Made by a program: the position numbers and the translations under genes. The notes beneath the pieces were generated by a model. It had not been told where the DNA came from. It worked only from the letters and a program-made list of their open reading frames with translations, and searched no databases. 16,644 bases of DNA from a bacterium (GTDB lineage: Bacteria; Zhuqueibacterota; Zhuqueibacteria; Oceanimicrobiales; Oceanimicrobiaceae): positions 1-16,644 of the forward strand of contig JBHIAC010000069.1 in assembly GCA_046758365.1 (NCBI GenBank), read 5' to 3'. Each line of letters starts with the position of its first letter. The stretch's first letter is position 1. Below are positions 1 to 7,404 of this stretch, one piece after another.

Positions 1-20
1 GTTTTATATTCTGTAAGTCA

Positions 21-149
21 TTATTTTTTCTTTTTTCCAACAATGAATTTCTTGGTTTTTTTGTTTTCTTTAATTTGTTCTGCCCGATACAAGTTACTAT
101 CATGTTTAGGCTTAACAAATTTCTTCTGGCGGTTGTGAATTTCACGCAT
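21..149 (-). CDS. Possible 42-aa Lys-rich small ORF (MREIHNRQKKFVKPKHDSNLYRAEQIKENKKTKKFIVGKKKK), below the ORF-track cutoff
   Basis: Translated by hand. ATG (149-147) directly follows the Nudix TAA (152-150); stop TAA at 23-21. 13 K + 3 R in 42 aa. No Shine-Dalgarno, and A-rich DNA easily gives spurious Lys-rich ORFs. Confidence 0.3.
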   Translation of the reverse strand: MREIHNRQKKFVKPKHDSNLYRAEQIKENKKTKKFIVGKKKK

Positions 150-572
150 TTAATGATAATACTTTTCTAAAAATTTTTGAGTTATTTCTGGTAATTCTAT
201 GTTATTTAGTTCATTTTTTGTAAACCATTTCACGTTTAACACATCAGAGGAAGGCGTTATTTCCCCACCTTTGTAAACAGCTTCAAAATCAATCAAGATA
301 TAATGGAATTTAACTCTCGCCTCCGCATCATATTCAATAAAATCTATGACATCAATAATTTTAGCAGGTTCAATTTCTATACTGCATTCTTCTCGAATTT
401 CACGTATTAAAGCTTGACGTACTTCTTCACCTAACTCTACCAGGCCACCAGGCAAGGTCCAATAATTAGCTTTCGGCTCAAAACGTCTTTTGACTAATAA
501 AATCTTGCCATTTTTAATAATAACAGCCCCAACTCCTAACAGAGGTTGGCTAGGATACTTTCTTTTATTCAA
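150..572 (-). CDS. Nudix hydrolase (ADP-ribose pyrophosphatase/MutT-like; substrate not assignable)
   Basis: Nudix box G-LVELG-E-EVRQALI-RE-IR-EE-CSI fits GX5EX7REUXEEXGU with the last G replaced by S. Also N-terminal YP..P..GVGAVI and WTLPGG. TTG start. Confidence 0.92.
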   Translation of the reverse strand: MNKRKYPSQPLLGVGAVIIKNGKILLVKRRFEPKANYWTLPGGLVELGEEVRQALIREIREECSIEIEPAKIIDVIDFIEYDAEARVKFHYILIDFEAVYKGGEITPSSDVLNVKWFTKNELNNIELPEITQKFLEKYYH

Positions 573-581
573 CTTTAGAAA

Positions 582-788
582 TTAATTCCAATCTTCATCA
601 TTCCAATCTTCGTCTTCCCAATCCTCGTCTTTCAGATCTTCCTCATCCCAGTCAGATTCGTCCTCCCAACCTTCCTCATCTTCCCAATCTTCTTCATTAT
701 CATCATAGTCGTAATCCATATCATCTTCGTCATTGTTTTGTAATCGCATTTTATTTAAGTAATAATAATTTAGTACCTCACCAATCAT
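582..788 (-). CDS. 68-aa very acidic, Trp-repeat low-complexity protein of unknown function
   Basis: Shine-Dalgarno GGAGG (798-794) lies 5 nt before ATG at 788, so this start is preferred to the track's GTG at 800, which overlaps the SD. 33 of the last 49 residues are D/E, with 6 Trp. The ORF fills the gap between plsC and the Nudix gene on the same strand. Confidence 0.7.
   Translation of the reverse strand: MIGEVLNYYYLNKMRLQNNDEDDMDYDYDDNEEDWEDEEGWEDESDWDEEDLKDEDWEDEDWNDEDWN
586..696. repeat. Degenerate in-frame 15/18-bp tandem repeat (7 units) encoding DED(W/L)-like units
   Basis: Plus-strand units: ttccaatcttcatca, ttccaatcttcgtct, tcccaatcctcgtct, ttcagatcttcctca, tcccagtcagattcgtcc, tcccaaccttcctcatct, tcccaatcttcttca. 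Confidence 0.75.
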
Positions 789-828
789 GTATTCCTCCAC
801 AAAACTATATCCAACAATTCAATTAATA

Positions 829-1482
829 TTAAGCAACATAAGCTTTGCTTCTTTTCCCATCCATTGCTAATAGCTCATCTCTTAATTTATACACCTCAGA
901 CATAGTTTTTTGAGCTTGCTGTTGAAGCTTATTGCGATTTTTTAAATTGACTTCTACTTTTTCCAATTGAATAGGTTTGCCTACTTTCGCCCTAACTTTA
1001 ACGAATCTTGGAAATTTAGTCCCTGGCGGCAGAGCCTCTCGGGTGCCAGTAATTGCAATAGGAACGACAGGGCAATTAGCTAATTGGGCTAAACGAATAA
1101 AACCAGAATGGGCTCGAGGTGGATTATCTGGATCATATTTTCTTGTTCCTTCCGGGGCCATAAAAAGAACATATCCCTCTTTTAGCAACCCTAATGCATA
1201 CTCAAATGCTTCTCGGTCACCAGTCCCTCGCACAACTGGGAACATATGGACAGTTCTCAACCACCAACCCAATATTGGTACTTTAAACAACGAATGCTTA
1301 ACCATTGAGGAGGCTTTTTGGCGAACCACTAACGCCATGGCTAAGATATCTAAAATACTATTGTGGTTAATGACTCCAATAAAAGGTCCCTTCTTTGGTA
1401 AATTCTGTCGATCATAGCATACGCCTCGGAAAAACACTTTGATTATAAACTTAAAAATATAATATGACAGCCAATAAACCAT
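829..1482 (-). CDS. plsC: 1-acyl-sn-glycerol-3-phosphate acyltransferase (PlsC/LPLAT family)
   Basis: Catalytic HX4D (NHNSILD), FPVVR block, APEGTR motif and PVVPIAI. Confidence 0.9.
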   Translation of the reverse strand: MVYWLSYYIFKFIIKVFFRGVCYDRQNLPKKGPFIGVINHNSILDILAMALVVRQKASSMVKHSLFKVPILGWWLRTVHMFPVVRGTGDREAFEYALGLLKEGYVLFMAPEGTRKYDPDNPPRAHSGFIRLAQLANCPVVPIAITGTREALPPGTKFPRFVKVRAKVGKPIQLEKVEVNLKNRNKLQQQAQKTMSEVYKLRDELLAMDGKRSKAYVA

Positions 1483-1503
1483 TTTTAACTCGCTCCGTGC
1501 CCC

Positions 1504-1523
1504 AAAAATAATGCATTATTTTT
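1504..1523. promoter_or_regulatory. Perfect 20-bp palindrome, candidate operator overlapping the -10 box
   Basis: AAAAATAATGCATTATTTTT is its own reverse complement. Confidence 0.4.
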
Positions 1524-1533
1524 ACAAAATCAA
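1505..1533 (-). promoter_or_regulatory. Candidate sigma70 promoter for plsC and downstream genes
   Basis: Minus strand TTGATT (1533-1528), 17-bp spacer, TATTTT (1510-1505); 22 nt upstream of the plsC ATG. Confidence 0.5.
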
Positions 1534-1607
1534 GTCTTTTTTGTTAAAGAGATTTACGTCCTCAACTTTGTAATTTTTTAACAAATATTTTACTATTTTT
1601 ATTTAAA

Positions 1608-2189
1608 TTAGCGGTATAAATTTTCAGAATAAATTAATTTTTCTACTGCCGAAGGCACTAAATATTTAATTGAGCGTCCCTTTTGAACTAAACTACGGAT
1701 AGTCGTTGAAGAGATATCTATAATCGGCGCATTCTTTAAATAAATAACCTTGTTTTTATATTCTTCTGGGGTCTTATCGAAACTATCCTGAATTCTCGGA
1801 AATATTACCATTGTACATAACTCGATGATCTTTTTAGGATCTTTCCAATTTGGTAAGTCAACAAAGTTATCTGAGCCCATGATCCAAAAGAGCTTATCCT
1901 TAGGTAAATTCAGGGTTTTATTAATTAATTCGATAGTATCGACACTATAGGAAGTTTCTTTTTTTGTTATTTCAATTTCAGAACATTCAAATGCGGCATT
2001 ATTTATAATGGCAAGATTTACCATTTTAAATCGAAGCTGTGGTTCAGAAAATACCTGTTTATGAGGTGGATAAGCAGCAGGAATGAAAACAACTTTATTG
2101 AGGTTTAATTCTTCTTTAATATATTGTGCAATTATTAAATGCGCACAGTGGATAGGATCAAATGTCCCACCAAACAAGCCTATCTTCAA
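1608..2189 (-). CDS. nadD: Nicotinate-nucleotide adenylyltransferase
   Basis: KIGLFGGTFDPIH-CA-H (HxGH variant), PPHK, SYSVDT, IMGSDN and ISSTTIR. TTG start. Confidence 0.95.
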   Translation of the reverse strand: MKIGLFGGTFDPIHCAHLIIAQYIKEELNLNKVVFIPAAYPPHKQVFSEPQLRFKMVNLAIINNAAFECSEIEITKKETSYSVDTIELINKTLNLPKDKLFWIMGSDNFVDLPNWKDPKKIIELCTMVIFPRIQDSFDKTPEEYKNKVIYLKNAPIIDISSTTIRSLVQKGRSIKYLVPSAVEKLIYSENLYR

Positions 2190-2196
2190 TTTTTTC

Positions 2197-3018
2197 TCAG
2201 TTGTTTTTTGTCTGATTACTTAAAGCGGCGTCCCCATCCGCTTCACGAACATTCATAATTTTTGACTGAATTTCCTTAAGACGGCTTATGGCTTTTGCTT
2301 TGTATTTAGTTTTTGGGTATTTTTCAATTAACTCTCTAAACGATTTAAGGGCCTCATTTCTGTGATCTAATTTATAAAGACACTCACTTTTCCAAAATAA
2401 AGCAGATTCAGCAAATTTGGTGTCGTAATAAGATTCCAATACGCTATCAAAATAGACATTTGCTGCATAGTAGTTATTTAATTTGCGATAAAGTTCTCCT
2501 GCCTTAAATTCCTTTTCAGCTAATTTGTTTCTACATATTTTCAGCAGTCTTTCAGCTTCTGGAACATATTCACTTTTAGGGAAATCCTCCAAAAATCTTT
2601 GGAAATTCATCACTGCTAGTATTGTGTATTTTTGATCCAAAGATGGTTTTGGGGAAAGTTTAAAATCACAAATGGCAATTTTATATTGGGCATCATCTAA
2701 CCATTCACTTTTAGGGTAAAGACGAATTATCCTACTATATTCATCTGAAGCAATAATATACTCTTTTAAATTAAAATGGCATTCTGCCAAATAATACTGG
2801 GCTTCATCAATAAATTGAATTCCTGGGTTGCTCAGCGTTAAAATTTTAAATTGGGTTTTCGCCTCAAAAAAGTCTCGATTATTAAACATTTTTTTAGCTA
2901 GTTCAAACCGTTCTTGTGGTATTAAATTAGGTTTGATATTATAAGATTTACAGCTTGGTAAAATAATCAAAAAGGCAGTTATAATTCCAATCCAACACGT
3001 CGTAACTTTAATTTTCAT
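2197..3018 (-). CDS. bamD: Outer membrane protein assembly factor BamD (TPR lipoprotein)
   Basis: Signal peptide with lipobox-like ILPSC; TPR repeats (EAQYYLAEC, YPKSEW..DAQY); LDQKYT..A...FQRFLEDFPKSEY and KLAEKEF..GELY typical of BamD/YfiO. Confidence 0.9.
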   Translation of the reverse strand: MKIKVTTCWIGIITAFLIILPSCKSYNIKPNLIPQERFELAKKMFNNRDFFEAKTQFKILTLSNPGIQFIDEAQYYLAECHFNLKEYIIASDEYSRIIRLYPKSEWLDDAQYKIAICDFKLSPKPSLDQKYTILAVMNFQRFLEDFPKSEYVPEAERLLKICRNKLAEKEFKAGELYRKLNNYYAANVYFDSVLESYYDTKFAESALFWKSECLYKLDHRNEALKSFRELIEKYPKTKYKAKAISRLKEIQSKIMNVREADGDAALSNQTKNN

Positions 3019-3046
3019 TCAAATTCCTTGCTAATTTTTTGATTAT

Positions 3047-3718
3047 TTATCGGCTTCGTAAACTAAAAAATAAAAATACAATAATTCCTGTCACTCCAGT
3101 AATTAATATAGGTTCATAAATTTTACTTTTACCGGTACGTAGTAAATATTTTCCCAGAGTAAACGGAATATTAGGATTCTCTATGGATGTTTGGACCTTA
3201 GCGGTGAACCAGTCAAAGCGAGTGCCCTCTACCTCCCCATTCCACACTATCTCCCCTAACGGTTGATTGATAAAACGTAAGAATAATCCGATTTTCCCTT
3301 TTCTTTTGATTAGGCCCGATCCAAAGAGTGCCCCGCCCTTTTGGTCAACATATTCAATGCCTAAAGCTAACACTTTATATTCAATAATCGTGATAGAACG
3401 GCCATTTTCCCCTTTATTTTTTGGACTTTTGTATTTTTGATACAATAAAATGGTAGAAATATTTTTTCTTTTCAAAACCTCGACAATTCGATTTTCAATA
3501 AACCAATCAACCTCTTCATTAGGCTGCAAACTCCTAATTAAAACGGATTTTGATGAATCAATGAATGCTTCTTTTGGAACATCGTTTAATAAACTATCTG
3601 CCAACTCAACAAGAAGTTGAAGATTGGAAATTTCTTGTGCCTTTGTATTGGTAGACAGCCCAAAAGATAATAAAACAATATAAAAATTAATAATTAATCG
3701 ATTGCTTAACTTCATCAT
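3047..3718 (-). CDS. Hypothetical exported protein with N-terminal signal peptide and C-terminal TM helix plus basic tail
   Basis: Hydrophobic N-terminus ending TKA-Q (signal peptidase I-like). C-terminus YEPILITGVTGIIVFLFFSLRSR. Confidence 0.75.
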   Translation of the reverse strand: MMKLSNRLIINFYIVLLSFGLSTNTKAQEISNLQLLVELADSLLNDVPKEAFIDSSKSVLIRSLQPNEEVDWFIENRIVEVLKRKNISTILLYQKYKSPKNKGENGRSITIIEYKVLALGIEYVDQKGGALFGSGLIKRKGKIGLFLRFINQPLGEIVWNGEVEGTRFDWFTAKVQTSIENPNIPFTLGKYLLRTGKSKIYEPILITGVTGIIVFLFFSLRSR

Positions 3719-3793
3719 TCTTACTTTGAATGCATATCAAAGTTCCAAGAATCATAATCATTTTATCAAATCACAAAAAAATAAAAGTTTAAA

Positions 3794-4819
3794 TTATATT
3801 CTAATTATGAACGAAAAAAAGTGCCAACGGGTATTTATAGGTGAGCTTTCATAAACAAATGAATAATTAAGATAGAAATTTCTGTGATTCAGTGCATTTT
3901 CAGTATTAAATATTTTGTTTCCATCCAGGAGCCCAATTCCCCAACTAATTACATATTCACCTTTTTTCTTTTTGTAGTAACCAGCCCGTATAGCCAAATG
4001 TGACAATAGAACTTGCTCCATTCCAATATGCAATTCCCGTATGACTCTTTTTTTTTCTTCTCCCAAATTCCGAACATCTATGGAAATAAGAGTACCTGAA
4101 AATAACTGGTAAGAAACGCCAATATTTACAGATTCATCAACAATTCTTTCTAAAGGGAGTCTGAACTGACTCAATGAGTCAGGTAAATTGATAAAGGACA
4201 CACCAATATTCAAACCTCGTTCTGGTTTCAATAATATTCCATAACTTATACCAATTTCAGTAAATCGTTCTAGTGGCTTGTCTTTTGTGCTTCCAAATAT
4301 AAAGTTAGCTGCCCCGCCTAAGGAAATTTTATCTGCAAGTTTGAGTCGCCCAAAAAGCGAATGGGAATGATTTTGTTGGAATCCAGAAACACCAAATATC
4401 TTCTCATCTAAAAAAGTAGTATGCAAATTGAGGCCTTCTTCTCCCAGTAAAATTCCTATTTCAAAAGAACTTAGTGATACGGAGATTGATTTTAAAAGTA
4501 AACTTAAGGATAACAAGAAATTATCAATAGTGGAGCCGTTGCCTTTGAAAATGTCTTTATTCTTTAAAGCGCCAATAAATGGGCTTACAGGATTTAAAAA
4601 AAAGGTAATCCGATGGGGTTTTTTATCTCGATAAAGATCATAGGCTGCTGGATTATAATTAACAGCGGCCAAATCGTCTTCTATTGAAGTAAAGGCTCCT
4701 CCCATGGCCAAAGGACGAGCTTTCACATTATTTAGAGTAAAAAATTGATCATTTTGACCTAAAATTACTAATGGAAAAATTAATAATAACAAAATTAAAC
4801 TAATAATTTTATACCACAT
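3794..4819 (-). CDS. Outer-membrane beta-barrel, PorV/UPF0164/FadL-like
   Basis: Signal peptide; hatch motif ARPLAMGGAF..IEDD..AV.YNPA; amphipathic strands; IRAGY; C-terminal alternating aromatic/hydrophobic strand. Overlaps the lnt stop by 11 nt. Confidence 0.75.
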   Translation of the reverse strand: MWYKIISLILLLLIFPLVILGQNDQFFTLNNVKARPLAMGGAFTSIEDDLAAVNYNPAAYDLYRDKKPHRITFFLNPVSPFIGALKNKDIFKGNGSTIDNFLLSLSLLLKSISVSLSSFEIGILLGEEGLNLHTTFLDEKIFGVSGFQQNHSHSLFGRLKLADKISLGGAANFIFGSTKDKPLERFTEIGISYGILLKPERGLNIGVSFINLPDSLSQFRLPLERIVDESVNIGVSYQLFSGTLISIDVRNLGEEKKRVIRELHIGMEQVLLSHLAIRAGYYKKKKGEYVISWGIGLLDGNKIFNTENALNHRNFYLNYSFVYESSPINTRWHFFSFIIRI

Positions 4820-6404
4820 ATTTTTTCTTAAAAAAAAGAGCAGTCATGATAAATAATAAGCTTAAAAAAGAAACAATGTGTGTAAAAATGTTGCCGTGCT
4901 TGGTGAAAAAGGTAGTTTCTTTTCTTAATGGAATTTTAGAAATCATATAAACTTCCTTAAAAGTTTGTGAGGTCGCTTTAATTCTGCCGTAAGGATCAAT
5001 AAACATAGAGATCCCAGTATTCGCACAGCGCGCAATGCTAATTCGATTTTCAATAGCCCGAAATATTGCCATTTGAGCATGTTGATACATTCCGGAATTG
5101 AGCCACCAAGGGAACCAATCTCTTCCAAACCAAGCATCATTGGTGATAACTACCAAAAATTTAGCCCCATTTTTAATAAATTTCTGAACGAGATCAGGAA
5201 ATATTGATTCATAACAAATAACGGTGGCAAAAGGAATATTGGTCAAAAATTTTGAATTATTGTTGTTTCCACTGGATTTAAAATTACTTTCTTCTCTCTT
5301 TTCAAATCTGTCGAACGGCATTTCAAATATTACAATTTTTTCTCCAGGCGAAAAGTTACCCTCTCCCATCTCTAAACTTTGAATGAATTTTTTCAATATG
5401 GGAATACGATCTTCATAGGGAATCCGTTCAGCAACAGGAACTAATTGCATTTTTGAATATTTTGGAATATAGTTATTGAAAGGTGTAATCAGAACCACAG
5501 AATTGTACGTTTTCAATTCTTTATTTGCATTAAAAGTATATTCTGGAGTTCCTGTAAGCAAAGGGATATTCATTTCGTTGATTAAATTTCTCAGACGATG
5601 TAGGTTTTTAAAGTCATGCAATAAAAATGAGGGCGTGGCTGTTTCAGGCCAGACAATTAAATCAGGATTCTTCTTTGCTGACTCTCGGCTGAGTCTTTCG
5701 TAAGTGTCATAGCTTAAATTCGCATTGCCTTTCTCCCACTTTTGGTAGGGGTCTATATTACCTTGAACTACTGCAACTTCCACCGCATCGCGAAAATCAT
5801 CTTCTTCAGGTATGACCTGTTTACTATATATCCAGGGCAGAATAAAAAGCAGAATTGTAGCCGTTAGTAATATAGCCACTTTTTTTCTGCTTTCCACATT
5901 TTTCAACATTAAATATACCAGAACATTTATTAGTACCACCCAAAAGCTTACCCCGAAAACACTCGTGTAAGAAGCGTATTGGATCAATAATAAATAATGG
6001 GTTTGAGTATACCCTAAACTAATCCAGGGAAAGCCAATGTCACCTAAGGATTTGAGATACTCAATGCTTGTCCAAACAAAGGGGATGGCAAAAACGTATT
6101 TTCCCCCAAATCTTTGGCGAAAGAATGTATGAATCATTGCATAAAGGGAGTAATAAAGGGGATGGATTAGTATAGTAGCCAAGGCTCCAGGAACGGTTAC
6201 AAAGGTGATCCAGTAGATAGTTCCAATGCTTATAAATAATCCAGTAATATATCCCCAACGAAAGGATTCCTTTAAACTTTTGTTCTCTAATAAATAAAAT
6301 AATGGGACTAAAGTCCAATAGGCCAAAAATCCAAATTTAAAGGGCGGAAAGGCAAGGCTAAAAAGAAAAGCAGTAAGGAGTGATAATATTAAATCTAATC
6401 TCAT
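4809..6404 (-). CDS. lnt: Apolipoprotein N-acyltransferase
   Basis: N-terminal TM domain (LAFPP, FPW..LGY.Q), VQGNI, nitrilase triad WPETA / YSK.QLVP / ICYE, TNDAWFG and R.ANTGIS. Confidence 0.96.
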   Translation of the reverse strand: MRLDLILSLLTAFLFSLAFPPFKFGFLAYWTLVPLFYLLENKSLKESFRWGYITGLFISIGTIYWITFVTVPGALATILIHPLYYSLYAMIHTFFRQRFGGKYVFAIPFVWTSIEYLKSLGDIGFPWISLGYTQTHYLLLIQYASYTSVFGVSFWVVLINVLVYLMLKNVESRKKVAILLTATILLFILPWIYSKQVIPEEDDFRDAVEVAVVQGNIDPYQKWEKGNANLSYDTYERLSRESAKKNPDLIVWPETATPSFLLHDFKNLHRLRNLINEMNIPLLTGTPEYTFNANKELKTYNSVVLITPFNNYIPKYSKMQLVPVAERIPYEDRIPILKKFIQSLEMGEGNFSPGEKIVIFEMPFDRFEKREESNFKSSGNNNNSKFLTNIPFATVICYESIFPDLVQKFIKNGAKFLVVITNDAWFGRDWFPWWLNSGMYQHAQMAIFRAIENRISIARCANTGISMFIDPYGRIKATSQTFKEVYMISKIPLRKETTFFTKHGNIFTHIVSFLSLLFIMTALFFKKKYVV

Positions 6405-6910
6405 TATAATTTTACTTCTCGGCCAGTTTTAGCTGATTCATATACAGCATCAACAATACGCATCCGTTCTAAATTTTCTTCGCCACTTGAGGCTATCTCA
6501 TCACCATTCTTTAGACAATTTACAAAGTGCTGAAGTTCATTTTCATAAGATTTTTTATATAGATTAGATGGTGATTCTTCTTTCGATGGCGTCACATTAA
6601 CAAGGTTACCGTGTATTTCTTTATGAATTCGCAGAGGATTTAGTAATGCACCTCCTTTTGTACCAAATAAATTTGTGTAAAAAAAATCTTTTTCAGATAA
6701 CAATGCCCAGCTAACTTCAACGGTTAACGTGGCTTCATCATCGAGGACATGTTGAATATTAAATTTATCCGCAATCCATTGGGCTTTATTTTTGTTAATA
6801 TCACAAACCGCCACCACTTCTACTTCCGGAATTTTTTTCCAAATAGGAATATGTGTAACTTGTGCTATGGCTCCTGTACCTATAATCCCTATTTTTAATC
6901 TTCCACCCAT
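6404..6910 (-). pseudogene. Gfo/Idh/MocA-family oxidoreductase with a large in-frame internal deletion (open 168-aa frame, probably inactive, or an assembly artefact)
   Basis: N-terminal Rossmann start (KIGIIGTGAIA, VVAVCD) joins directly to C-terminal elements (VEVSW, LFGTKGGA, YENELQHF, IVDAVYESAKTGREV). The D.V.I.TP...H and EKP motifs are absent; family members are usually about twice this length. Confidence 0.75.
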
Positions 6911-6918
6911 AATTTCAA

Positions 6919-7356
6919 TTAAGCTGTTAAATGAAGCTTGTCTAAATAATTTTGTAAAATAAGCATTGCTGAAATCTGGTCAACTTTCTCCTTATTTCTG
7001 CTTGGAGATTTTCCTATTTCTATTATTGTGCGTTGTGCTTGGACACTCGTAAAACGCTCGTCCCAGAGAATAGTAGGAAGCGCAAATTCTTCTTTTAAAT
7101 CCTCTATAAATTTTTTTGTTTTTTTTGCAGCGGCGCTTAAATCACCTTTCATATTCAGAGGAAATCCAATAACTAATTTAATAATCTTGTAGTCATCGAT
7201 AATATTTTTTAGTTTAGCCAAAGCCTCGGGCTGTTTTTTATAAACGATTGTAGGAAGCCCTTGGGCAGTTATTCCCAACGGATCGCTCACAGCCACTCCG
7301 ATTCTCTTTTGACCATAATCGATGGCCAAAATTCTACCCTTCAACTCCGCCATCAC
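6919..7356 (-). CDS. ruvX: YqgF/RuvX family RNase H-fold nuclease (pre-16S rRNA processing / putative resolvase)
   Basis: RILAIDYGQKRIGVAVSD, VIGFP, WDERFTS and VDQISA..ILQ.YL. Start may be ATG at 7353. Confidence 0.95.
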   Translation of the reverse strand: MMAELKGRILAIDYGQKRIGVAVSDPLGITAQGLPTIVYKKQPEALAKLKNIIDDYKIIKLVIGFPLNMKGDLSAAAKKTKKFIEDLKEEFALPTILWDERFTSVQAQRTIIEIGKSPSRNKEKVDQISAMLILQNYLDKLHLTA

Positions 7357-7370
7357 GTTTTTATGCCTAT

Positions 7371-7404
7371 AAAATAAAACCGTTAGAGGGACCCCTAACG
7401 GTTT
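7371..7404 (-). terminator. Rho-independent terminator-like hairpin after the HU/IHF gene
   Basis: Perfect 10-bp arms AAACCGTTAG (7377-7386) and CTAACGGTTT (7395-7404); the minus-strand stem is followed by TTTTATTTT. Confidence 0.8.

Noticed and set aside
4..21. ATG overlapping the stop of the 21-149 sORF (MTYRI)
   Set aside because: Only five codons before a stop; no support as a gene.
551..578. TAGGATACTT and TTCAACTTTAG near the Nudix start also occur in the 16442-16522 element
   Set aside because: 10-11-mer matches are expected by chance in 16 kb of AT-rich DNA, the arrangement differs, and these copies mostly overlap coding sequence.
586..696. Repeat array considered as CRISPR or a contingency locus
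   Set aside because: Units are adjacent with no spacers, degenerate, and multiples of 3; explained by the encoded peptide. No cas genes are present.
4943..6318. Alternative-frame minus-strand ORFs 4943-5140 and 6061-6318
   Set aside because: Fully nested in the intact lnt gene, with no motif or frameshift evidence.
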